51,820 nucleotides of DNA, taken from Octopus bimaculoides. Lineage: Eukaryota. Positions 39,061 through 50,646 of this stretch are shown piece by piece. Positions within the stretch are counted from its first letter, which is position 1, and each line of letters begins with the position of its first letter. The stretch spans positions 65,131,373 through 65,183,192 of the forward strand of contig NC_068981.1 in assembly GCF_001194135.2 (NCBI RefSeq), in the 5' to 3' direction. The position numbers and the translations under genes were made by a program. Below the pieces are notes generated by a model. It searched no databases and was not told the DNA's origin. It worked only from the letters and a program-made list of their open reading frames with translations.

Positions 39061-40904
39061 TGTTGTAATTGTAATGTCTTCAATTTTCAGTCAAATGATT
39101 TGCTGGATTTTTTTTAATATCCTGTCATAAGTAACGCATTCATTATTGAATGAAAACTTTTTTGCTCAGGAAATTTATATTTTGCACATACTCAATAACT
39201 GCATACATATATACATACATATATTTGTGGGTGTGTATGTATGTAATTACACATATATAATTAGTTACTTTCTAGATATTTATATCAAATCACTTGATAA
39301 ATGAAAATGTATGGGTGAGCTGCTAATTACTATGAATTGATCTCTCTTATATTAAACCATTTTTAACTAAGGGCTTCATTCATTAGGTGTAAGCTATATA
39401 TCAGATTGTTTTTAATCAAAGAAAAATATATATACATATTGGTGCTTCCAAATAATGCAGATATACACCTAATTTACATGACCAGCTCACATAAAATGTT
39501 CTTATTTCTTGGTCTTCTTCACACAAAAATATGCTATTATTGTAGTTTATATGGTAATACAATTATTCACCATTAAACACCAATTCCGTCAATAATTTTT
39601 TTTAGTCATAAATAGTTTTTGTTCCTATTTTATTTTTATACAAAGAACAGAAACCAAAGTTAATTATTACTCAATACAATATTTGAAGCTTTTAAAAAAA
39701 AAAGGGGGAAAAAAATCTTTTTATTTATTTATTGTGTTTTCTATATACAACGTATTCAAATTGTGTTGGTCATATGAAAAATCCGGATCTTTCAAATGTT
39801 AATATGGATACATAGATGCTGAATCTGCTGTGGCATATCTCTTTGTATTGATCATTCCTTTATATAAATAATAAAGTCTCTTTTTTTTTTTCTTCTTCTT
39901 CTTCCTCCTTTCGTTGTCTATCACTTGGTAATGTTACACTCAAATCATTTGTAGGAAGATTTCCTAACTATGTCTAAAATGCTGCTCTACTGCTGTTGTA
40001 TATAATCAGAGAGTTAGTGCTGATACAAAACTGCTGCTAATACTGTCTGGCTCCTGGTTCTAATCTGCTAAAAAAACTGAGCTTTTGCCATCTCTTACAT
40101 TTTCTTTTTCTAAGTCAGTGGAGTTACAAATGGTAGTGTATTAAATTTAACAAACTTAATACTTAAAAGTATTTAGCTTCTTCCTGTTAGGGATTAGCTA
40201 TTGCCTGTCATTCTCTCTACATGGTCAATCAGTTATATCATCCATGAAATAGGTAAGGTTTAATTTAAATGTGAACTTCAGAAAGAAATTATCTTTGGAT
40301 CATATGGGTAAATGTTGGCCTGTGATCAAATGCTCTCTAACCATGGCAGCCCTATCTCTTTAAGATGGCTATGTGTGATTTAAGTGCGATTTGGTTGCTG
40401 TTTCTAGCAAACCATGTGGTCACATATAAGGTTCTTTCATGAGTTTGTATATTGAGTAAAGTTTATATCTCATTTATTAAACTAATTCTAGTTTATAACA
40501 ATGTACTTAAGCTTGGAGGAACAGGTCTGCTTGATTTAGGGATAACAACAAAGGAGTTGGCTCTCTGCTCTGCCATCTATTTATTACCAAAATACTAAAG
40601 CTTAAGAAGTAATATCAAAATATTGGCTAGCAAACTCTCCTATTTACCAAGAGTAGAATGAAACGACTACAGTTAGTAGTTTTTCAAACAGTCCCCAAGA
40701 ATACATCTTTTCGTTCAGTCTTAACTTAAGAAGCAGCCCTGTTTCTGCCAATGGAATGTGACAATTTGATGCAGCTGTTTGAATACTGATGTTTTGGCAC
40801 TAGAGGAAAATGCATACATATGCAGAAATATACACATAGAGTAAGAAAGAGAGAGAGACATTACATATATATACAAACCTAACTAGATGTTTGTTCGCAT
40901 AAAC

Positions 40905-40936
<32 letters not shown>

Positions 40937-41130
40937 GCAGAGAACAAGTCAACAGTGGTGAACGTCTGTGCCTAAACATCTCATATCATTCTGCCAATCC
41001 TTTCATCATTACACAGTGGACTCAGAAACATGACTTTCTGCATAACAGGTGCTAGCAATATCACAGTCATCTTATTTCTCAGATGCTGCTCCACAATTTC
41101 AATTTTACAACAACCACATAGAAACTTCCA

Positions 41131-41496
41131 AAAAAAAAAAAAAAAAAACACCAAAAGGTAGCTCATATGATATATAACTGTTGTATTCCTCTTGGGGGAC
41201 TCGCAGAGAAAACACGAGTTGTACTATTTAGTTATCACATTTATTTATTAACTATAAACAAAGAACTCACTCACCGAATTGTTAGTTATCAAGAAACAAG
41301 AATGTTGTNNNNNNNNNNAAAAAAAAAAAAAAAAAACACCAAAAGGTAGCTCATATGATATATAACTGTTGTATTCCTCTTGGGGGACTCGCAGAGAAAA
41401 CACGAGTTGTACTATTTAGTTATCACATTTATTTATTAACTATAAACAAAGAACTCACTCACCGAATTGTTAGTTATCAAGAAACAAGAATGTTGT
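41131..41496. repeat. Identical direct duplication (about 178 bp) around a 10-N gap; probable assembly artefact
   Basis: 41131-41308 repeats at 41319-41496; produces the twin ORFs at 41167 and 41355. Confidence 0.9.
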
Positions 41497-42683
41497 CCTC
41501 GCCATATATCTCAATAACCTTCAACCTCGACAGTCATTCAAAACAACAACAAAACAGGGACCTCAGACGAACTATATTGAAATATGGGACTTCAGACGAA
41601 CAAATCTAACAGTCCATATAACAATAACACTATCTCCTTACATCAAATACAACATATGTTCAAAAGACATGCTAGTAACTAGCTACATGCTTCTACAGCA
41701 TGTCCCAAAACTATTTTTTAAAATAGCAACGACATATTTTACAGGTGTTACATTCAATTAACTCAAATAAAACAATACATTTGATCCTATTTGGGTTATG
41801 CTAACCTTACCTGGTCCCTTAATTTCTCCACTTAGAAAATATACATTAATCTATGTTTGTACCAACACTCTACACTTAAAACAGTGAAACCAAAATTCTC
41901 AAAATGACAGATTACCTGGTCATAGAAAACGTATAGGTTGTTGCCACAACAAATTTCCATCCACAAAAGTCCTTCCTACATGTTCCATGATCTTCAATTG
42001 TCCAGGTACATCTACAACATCCCCAGACATGTGTACTTCTCCCTTAATCCTGACAAGCACATACACTCAACTAGTAACTTTGATAGCTCCAAACATTGCT
42101 GAGATACAGATCTGTGATGAGTACAGAAAACCAATAACTATTGCACTCTTAAGTTCACCTTGTACTGCTGCCACTAGAACATACTAGTTAGTGGCAGATG
42201 TGCAACATATCATTTCTGTACTTTATATGATAAACTACAGTACATCAGAACTAGTAAGAGCTTCAACATCCTGGAGGAATGATATAACCCAGTCATTTGA
42301 CCCATTTCTTGTATGTAAGACCATGTATTGGAGCTGTGCAACAACAAACATACAGAGATGAGCTAATGCAGTCATTTGGTCTGCTTAGGAATAACAGCTA
42401 AGTCACCTTCAAATCTCACCCCACATTTTTAGATATAATCCAATGAAAGTAGAAAATGTTTGCAGACGAAATATGCCTGCTAAGAATATTCCATGGAAAA
42501 CCAAAGACAAAATTGGTCTAAATCAGATTCTGAATTCAAAAGAGTGAGGTTTCTAATTAGTTAAAACATTTACTTATTTACCTATTCAAACAACTTACAG
42601 TAACTTCATACAACAATAATATATCCAGTGTAATCTAATTGACTAGTTTGCGCTCTGTGTCAGCAGTGATAATCTGGTAGAAG

Positions 42684-43580
42684 CAGTGGCCCAGGAACAA
42701 AATTTGCTTAGGGGGTGCAAACTCAGTTTCAAAATTTGGCACTACTGGAGAAGTGTGGATCCGAGTTCTGGGAGTGTGCATGTCACAAATTTACGCATGC
42801 ACACGCGTTAGTCGTAAGTAGTCGAATTTAGCACACAGGGAAAAAAACTAGACGCTCGCTACTTGCTGTAAATGGGGAGTGGGTTATCCATCTAATACAA
42901 GAGGAAAATTGCAGATAAATTGAATAAAAACATGAAAAATGACAAAATGAAAAGGTGAATCAAGACTAAAGTTGGAGTTGAAAAAAAAGGCACTTACCCA
43001 GGCAGTGGTCAAGTTGATAATGGAATATTGAATGGTTGTTTTGTACTGAAAGAATTTTGAAGGGGTTTNNNNNNNNNNNNNNNNNNNNNNNNNNNNNNNN
43101 NNNNNNNNNNNNNNNNNNNNNNNNNNNNNNNNNNNNNNNNNNNNNNNNNNNNNNNNNNNNNNNNNNNNNNNNNNNNNNNNNNNNNNNNNNNNNNNNNNNN
43201 NNNNNNNNNNNNNNNNNNNNNNNNNNTATATTCAAAATTAACTATACATGCTGGTTTTGTTGTTGTTATTGTTGCGGCTACTGTTGTTATTGTCACTTAT
43301 TTTTTTTGTATTTTGACGCTACTTGCTTTCAGAAGTTAGTGGTCCTAAACTCCCTAGGGAATTTTATGCCAGCTTCATCACTTTTATTTATTTATTTATT
43401 TTATTTTTTTCTTTGTTTTGAAACGAGGTCGAACTTAAGCATTTTATACCGATAGATTTTAGACACTTTTTTTCTGCAACTGGTAAGATTATGTAGGGGG
43501 TGCAAATTTTGATCTTGCACCCCCTGAAAATTCTAGGGGGTGCGGGTGCACCCGCTGCACCCCCTATTCCCGGGCCCTTG
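42684..43580. mobile_element. hAT-type non-autonomous element spanning an assembly gap
   Basis: Perfect 8-bp TSD GGTAGAAG (42676-42683 and 43581-43588); TIRs CAGTGGCCCAGGAA / CAAGGGCCCGGGAA (11/14); subterminal GGGGGTGC repeats at both ends. Confidence 0.82.
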
Positions 43581-44149
43581 GGTAGAAGGTCTTGAAATGA
43601 AAACAAAAAGGCATCATATAGTTTTTAGCTTCCTGCTTTAAAGGAAGAAATGGAGAGTGAACTTGATAATTCAGACAGAGATTCTTCAACAAGAAGGGAG
43701 AAATTTTTCTTAGAACTTCGACAGCAGAAAATTTAAATTAAAAAAGATACAGGAACGCAAACAACAAACATTCTTAGTTTCTGTACATAGACAGAGGCAT
43801 AAAGCTCACTTTGCACATAAGTGATCTCAGGTTCAGTCTCCTTGTGCAGCACCTTGAGCAAATGTTTTCTTCTATAGCTCCAGTCCAATTAACCTCTTGT
43901 GAGTGAATTTGAAAGAGAGGAGATTATGTCGAAGCTCCTCATATATGTGTGTGTATTCCCCCCCCCCCATCACCATTTGACAACTGGTGTTAGTGTATTG
44001 GTATCCCTGTCATTTAGTTGTTTGACAAAAAGGGACCAATAGAATAAGTGTCAGACTTTAAAAAGAAAGAAATACCAGGACCAATTCGTTCAACTAAACC
44101 CTTCAAGGTGGCGCACATGCAACACTGCACACACACACGTTTCTCCCAC

Positions 44150-44782
44150 CTTTCTCTTTGCTTTCTGGTTGAAAGACTTATATCCAAAACATTAAACTCG
44201 TATTTATTTAGATCAAAATTACTGATTTAGATCAAAATTACGTTATATTTTGTTATTTTCCTTTCTGAGGTTTTTCCCTGTAAGCTATACGTGTGTAACG
44301 TGAAATTTGCAGGGGAAGAGAAAAGGGACTGCGAAACGCTCGTACTTTCTCTAAGACCATTAGATACGTAAATAAAATGAAATCATTGCAGCAAGAAAAC
44401 GAAAAGATTATTAAAACGTCATTAAAGGGAATGTGTGCGATGAAAATCGAAGCATTATATATTTATGGCTGACTGAAATTAATAATGTAAGGGAGTTAAC
44501 TCTGATCGCCTAAGACAGAACAGAAAGATTTATCAACTATAATCCGCATGATTTGCTGTGGAAGCTGCGATTATTTTCTTCTGTTGCTATTGTTGTTCTT
44601 GTTGTTATAATCGGTTGTATGGGATCACAAATATAGATTAATTACTGAAGCGTAATCTTGTAACATAGCGAATTTCAACTAAGCTCTATATGGAAGTAAT
44701 TCCATCGTAGTCCGATCTGGGATTATTTATGACGCTGATACACAAACGGATATCCAAGAAAAGCATCCAGCTGATTGGCCTT
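44150..44782 (+). promoter_or_regulatory. CpG-retaining non-repetitive patch; possible promoter and first exon of a second gene (MTLIHKRISKKSIQLIGL, 44729-44782)
   Basis: CpGs visibly denser than in flotillin introns; ATG-initiated 18-codon frame ends at a |gtaaga donor; no downstream exon recognised. Confidence 0.25.
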
Positions 44783-44877
44783 GTAAGAACTAGTTTTTAT
44801 CCAATCCTTAGAACCTCAAACCTCTGAAATTCACCTCATGTTAACATTTTTGCAACAGACTACAACTTGGAAATATT

Positions 44878-45306
44878 GGTTTCAAATGTTGGCCCAAAGC
44901 CAGCAATTTCGGAGGAGGGGCCAAGTCAATTACATCGACGCCAATACACAACTGGTACTTATTTTATCAGTCTCGAAAGGATGAAAGACAAAGCTGACCT
45001 TGGTGGAAGTTGAACTCAGAATGTAAAAATGGACGATATGCCGCAAAGCATTTTGCCCAGTGTGCTAACGATGCAGCCAGCTTGCAACCTTATCAACTTA
45101 GAAATATTGGTTTCAGATTTTGGCACAAGGCCAGCAAGTCCAGGGGAAGGAATAAATTGATCACATCAACCCCAGAGCTCAACTGGTACTTATTTTATCG
45201 ACCTCAAAAGGATGAAAGGCAAAGTTGACCTCAGAACATAACAACGTACAAAATGCTTAGAAGCATTTTGTCCGACATGTCTACGATTCTGTCAGCTCGC
45301 TGCCTT
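44878..45306 (-). mobile_element. Head-to-tail dimer of family B SINEs
   Basis: Two copies bounded by three caactt.gaaatatt repeats (44863, 45094, 45311). Confidence 0.82.
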
Positions 45307-45540
45307 AGATCAACTTCGAAATATTAACACAGAACACCAGTTGAAAACAACCCAAGAAGATTACAAGAGAACTGTTTCTCCCTCATTCAACCATTAGAAA
45401 TGTCACTTACATTATAGCTATAGAAGGATAGGTTGTATTCCATATAATGTGGCTCTTCTCAGAAGGCTGTAATATCATCTGACAAGAAACTCTGTATAAG
45501 GAATACATAAAACAAGGTGATAACTTTAAATGTCCTTAAT

Positions 45541-46035
45541 TGTAGCCACACTTATATATACACAAGCTGAATGATAAATGGAAGTGGTTGATAGACATTT
45601 ATTCATATATCTACATGCATCTGCATGGGTTGTATGTTTGCTGTTAACCCTGGTGAGGAAGCTCACGAACAGCGATATGTTAGAACCTGTGCAATGTTGT
45701 TGGGGCTGTGTAGAGATGTTGTTGACAACGCTGGTGAGAGACATGATAGTGGTGACGAAGATGGAGGTCGCTGTAATGTGTCAGTGGTTAGACCTTAGAA
45801 GGTCTGGAACCAACAGACCCTGAGACTAGGAGGAGGTGAGTTTTGATAGCCAATGGTAGGCTCAAACAGAGTTTAGTACAGACAGTCTCACGTGATTTAT
45901 TTGGAGGCTGCAATTGGTTGGGTTGCATATTGGCACACAATAGAGTAAGAGACAAACTGCCAATACCAACCAATCAGAGTGGTGGACTCAACGGGGTCCA
46001 AAACAGTACCCAAAGGTTAGCTGTTACCTGCTACA
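45541..46035 (-). mobile_element. Probable solo LTR (495 bp)
   Basis: TGTAGC...GCTACA termini; on the minus strand several CCAAT boxes, a TATA-like tatcaaaa, then AATAAA about 57 nt from the 3' end; no clean TSD. Confidence 0.45.
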
Positions 46036-46399
46036 TTTGTATGTATGTATGTTATAGAGAGAGGAAGTTCACTAGAGTTCGCTACGTAGCTTTGAAGAAA
46101 TAACTGTTAAAATTGAACCACATTCTTCAAAACTCGCACTAAGAATAAGGACAAGGTAAAACTACTGCCTGCTTTTATAGCAAGTTGATGCAGGTAGTTT
46201 ATCCCATCCTCCTCCAACTTTAAGTTCATGTGATTTAAAAACCATTTTATTTATGGGATGACTAAATATATCATAATACTTTTTAAAAGTTGATGTGTCA
46301 TAGAGGTTTTAGTGACTTACTTAACATATGTATGCATGTGTGTGTGTGTGTATGTTGTATGTATTATGTATGTATGTATATAACTAACTGACACTGTCA

Positions 46400-46685
46400 G
46401 TTCCAATCAATCAAATCAATGAAACAGCCTGCTTACGGAATTAATATGCAAGTGGCTGAGCACTCTACAGACAGACGTACTCTTAACATAGTTCTCAAGA
46501 AGATTCTGCGTAACATGCCTAATGTGACAAGGCTGGCCTTTTGAATTGCAGGCACTATTCATTTTTGCCAGCTGAGTGAACTGGAACAATGTAAAATAAA
46601 GTGTCTTGCTCAAGCACACAATACACCACCAGGTATTGAATTTACAACCTTATGATTGTAAGCCAAATACTCCTAACCACTGATC
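46400..46685 (-). mobile_element. Older SINE sharing the central domain of family A but with a different head
   Basis: Reverse complement aligns by eye to ccttgtcacac...gagaactacgttaag...gagtgctcagccacttgcac of 8930-9030; the 5' part differs. Confidence 0.6.
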
Positions 46686-47927
46686 CACACACACACACAC
46701 ACACACACACCCATACATGTACGTAGGTTTGGTGTAACCATTAGCTGCCTAGGTTAAAGGCTTGTTGGATACATTACATACCCTTGAAAACCACAGTTTT
46801 ATACAAATCATTTCTTTTCAGAACAAAATCAAAGTAAAATATAATATTTCATTGTTCTTAATAGTTCATAGTTCATTGTAAGTTCATAACCAGTTCATTG
46901 ATTTCAACATTAGCAATATTGCTAAACTTAATTCAGTTTGAATGACAACAATCAGATATATTTTTATTTCAGTTTTCTAATGTGCTGTGGCTGATAAAAC
47001 TTGCAGGAAATTAAGTAAGAATAACATTGGTGGTCAACTTTGCTAGACTTCTTGGAATGGAGAAAAACTTGTCACTTCATGGCCCAACTGAAAAGCTGTG
47101 CTAATTGTAGAAATTCTTTTCAGTTTATAAAGTATCTAATCGTTTTTTGTACACCTTATTGTAAATGAACATTTGTGTAAATTTAAAGAGTCAGAAACGC
47201 TGGTTCATTATATCAGACATAATACCTAAAATGAGCTACACACATGATGTTAGTTATAGTGAACAAAAGACAATGATTATCCAATGATGTAATCAAGCAA
47301 TTACATAAAGATACATACGAACCAGAAGTTATCATAACAAAAGATGCTTGGGTGATTTGTTCAAAGAAAGGAAACAACAGATGTCTTTTATAACAGAAAC
47401 TCTTCTTGGATAACTTGACCAAATCACATTATGAATTGAGAATCTATGTGGTCAAAGATATAATAATGAGAGTAATGGGGAAAGACAAAGAAAATAGAAT
47501 GCAAAAGAGAAGAGAGCCCTGAACATGTGTCTTTTGATTTGATAAATACACTTCTTTAAATTTGGTTGTCAATGATAGTGACAGGTGTTATTTTGAAGCA
47601 GTTAATCTCTTCAGTTTGGTCAACGGATATATAATTATTCCTTTCAATCGACTTAATGGTGACAAATTATAACAATGCATAACTGAAGCATAACTGTTAA
47701 AATATTGAGTAAAACGAGATGAAAGGGTTGGATTGATGCTTTGGAACCATCAAGATATCATTCTGGTAATATATAAATGACGCTTTCATAAAAACCTTTC
47801 ATGACACAAGCCTAAAGGGTTCATTTGAAAATACTTCTAATTCTGAAGCGAAAGCCATTATTGATGCAATTTGCAAAGTCAATTTTGTGGCATATCTCGA
47901 TATATTGCCTAACTGAAAAGCTGTACT

Positions 47928-48059
47928 AATACATACAAACATACATACATTCATACATACATACAAACATGCATACATACATACAAACACACATGCATAC
48001 AAACATACATACATACACACAAACATACATACATACATACATACATACATACATACAAA
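47928..48059. repeat. Imperfect (CATA)n microsatellite (others near 48172-48215, 50775-50825, 51160-51225)
   Basis: Direct reading. Confidence 0.95.
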
Positions 48060-48290
48060 CAAAAATACCTTGTTGATGTTGTTGAAATTGCAATGAAGGA
48101 GCCTTGAATCTAGCTTAGAAACCAGATCTTTCTCTAATGGCAAGAAATCTTGAAATAGAACTGAATAATGGCATACATACATACATATATACATACATAC
48201 ATACATACATACATGTCAATGTATTAAGATTTTGTGACCACATGTACATAGGTTCAAACTTTGCCTCAGTCATTATATATTCATTTATAT

Positions 48291-48529
48291 TTATAGGTGA
48301 AAATGCAAGCAAAATTCAATAGGGTATTAAATACCACTTACTATAAACAGAGATATCGCTCTCGAACCACAAATTACTCACTATTAAAATACTCACGTGA
48401 ATGCAACAAACATAACAGAAATAGGCTTACCTTGAATGAACTACAGAAATAAAGAATACATATATTCCAAGATCAGTTGATTTTGCTTTCTAATACCCTA
48501 CTGAACTTTGTTTATATTTTTACCTATAA
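48291..48529. mobile_element. MITE-like element with about 38-bp imperfect TIRs
   Basis: ttataggtgaaaatgcaagcaaaattcaatagggtatta vs reverse complement ttataggtaaaaatataaacaaagttcagtagggtatta. Confidence 0.55.
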
Positions 48530-48659
48530 AGGTGTAAACTTGCTAGCCACTTTATTATTATCGTTATTATTATTAATAATGGTAATGATATTCAATGTCA
48601 TTTATATTTATTTACTTATTTAGTTTATCTTTTCTTGCCTAAACAAGTCACATAAAATT

Positions 48660-48660
<1 letters not shown>

Positions 48661-48701
<41 letters not shown>
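48661..48701. repeat. (TAA)n microsatellite abutting the R4/Dong-like element
   Basis: About 13 perfect TAA units. Confidence 0.97.
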
Positions 48702-48702
48702 T

Positions 48703-49452
48703 AGATTGAAACTATAAACCACCTAATTTCAGGGTGTAGAGTCTTAGCACCTGTAGAATATAAAGCAAGACATGACAGAGTCGGCCAGTATTTACACTGG
48801 ACAATATGTTGGCATTATAAAATCAAAACCGCTGACAAATGGTATAAACGCCATCCTGAATCTGTGACTGATGGAGAAAATGTGTCAATTCTCTGGGACT
48901 TCCCCGTACATACTGACAAAACTATAAAGGCTAATAAACCGGATATTATTATAAAAGATCAGACAAAGAAGATGTGTTTATTAGTTGACATGAGTATTCC
49001 TTGCGATCATAATATAGTGGCGAAAGAATTTGACAAGATCAGTAAATATAAAGACTTGCTAATAGAAATTGGAAAAATGTGGCACCTCAAGGCAACTACC
49101 GTACCAGTGATTGTAGGATCTCTAGGAATGATAAAAAAAAAGGTACTGAAACCTATTTGAAAATGATACCAGGTTTACTATCCCTACAGGAAGTGCAAAA
49201 AATCATGTTAACTGGAACGACTCATGTACTGAGAAGAGCATTATCGCTATGAAAACAACAACCATTCATGAATTTGTTTATATTATTAATTTTTTTTTAA
49301 TACATATTTTACCTGTGAATTTGCATGTGTAAACTGGGAATGCATACAATGAGCTTCTCTGCCCCAGGTGTACGGAAAACGCTCAGCGAGAAATGGAAGA
49401 AAATTTTAAGAAAGAAGGAAAAAAAAACAACATAATAATAATAAATAATAAA
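48703..49452 (+). mobile_element. 5'-truncated non-LTR retrotransposon with restriction-like endonuclease (R4/Dong-like), C-terminal ORF plus 3' UTR
   Basis: Open frame from 48705: ETINHLISGC (end of CCHC knuckle), RHDRV..YLHW, LWDFPVHTDKTIKANKPDI, LVDMSIP; frameshift in the A-run near 49140; resumes GTETYL...HVLRRALSL* (TGA 49250-49252); flanked by TAA repeats. Confidence 0.85.
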
Positions 49453-49725
49453 TTTATTAATCCAATTTACATCGAAATTTTTTTATTGATTACAATAAGT
49501 AAAGATTACAAAAAAAGGTCTTGTTTTCAGAAATTGCATAAAAAATCAGATTAAGTCTTTTGGCAGCATGGCTGATTTGGGCAAGTTGTTAGGAGGTCAA
49601 AAAATAAAAAATAAATAGGTCAGTAATTATAAAAAATAAAAAAAAGAAACATCCTTTGCATGCGAGCAAGGTGGTCAAACACATATAAAAAGTAAATCTT
49701 TTAATGTCTGGAAATATAAAATATT

Positions 49726-50129
49726 CTTTTCCACTCTAGTCACAAGGCCCGAAATTTCTGGGGAATTGGGGGAGCCAGTTGATTAGATCAACCCAGTATG
49801 CAACTGGTACTTGATTTATAGACCCCGAAAGGATGAAAAGCAAAGTTGACCTCAGCAGAATTTGAACTCAGAACATAAAGACAGACAAAATACCACTAGG
49901 AAGTATAAAATATTTTTTTCTACTCTAAGCACAAGGCCCGAAATTTTTGGGGAGGGGGATCAGTTGATTAGATTGACCCCAGTACTCAACTGGTACTTAA
50001 TTTATCAACCCCGAAATGATGAAAGGCAAAGTCAACCTCGATAGAATTTGAACTCAGAACGTAAAGACAGATGAAACACTGCTAAGCATTTCGCCCGACG
50101 TGCTAACATTTCTGCCAGCTCACTGCTTT
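49726..50129 (-). mobile_element. Head-to-tail dimer of family B SINEs (first copy lacks about 40 nt of the head)
   Basis: Two copies bounded by three ggaa.tat.aaatatt repeats (49710, 49899, 50130). Confidence 0.82.
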
Positions 50130-50603
50130 GGAAATATGAAATATTACAAATGTTATAAATACTATAGGTTTATAAAATAAAGTTTATAAATGAGTTTGGT
50201 TCAGCAGAAGGGAGGTTTTTAATGACTAAGCAGCAAGTACATCAGACTATACAACAGTAAATGAATAAATTTACCAAACCAAATTAGAAAAGTGAAATTC
50301 TTGAGTTTGAATAAAACAGTAAGATTCCATAGCAAAAAATGAATTCTAACATTTCAATACTGGCTCTGGAAAACATAACAATTTTAATGATTTATAAATC
50401 AACTAATTACAATGATAATTAACTAATTCACAAATTGGCAAATACCATCTCAGTTATGCTAATATAGGTGTAGGCATGGCTGCATGGTTAAAAAGCTTGT
50501 TTTGAAGTCATGTGGTTTCAGGTTCAGTTCTACTGCACAGTACCTTGAGCAAGTGTCTTCTATCATAGCCCAAGGTTGACCAACACCTTCTGAATGAATT
50601 TAG

Positions 50604-50646
<43 letters not shown>

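Noticed and set aside
41131-41496. Twin identical ORFs (41167 and 41355) suggesting a duplicated small gene
   Set aside because: Identical copies on either side of a 10-N gap: overlapping contig ends, not biology.
41930-42330. Moderately GC-balanced stretch with protein-like minus-strand fragments
   Set aside because: All frames are interrupted by stops and no motif was recognised; probably old repeat debris.
43628-43735. Acceptor-like site followed by LPALKEEMESELDNSDRDSSTRREKFFLELRQQKI*
   Set aside because: No recognisable family, no partner exons, weak acceptor.
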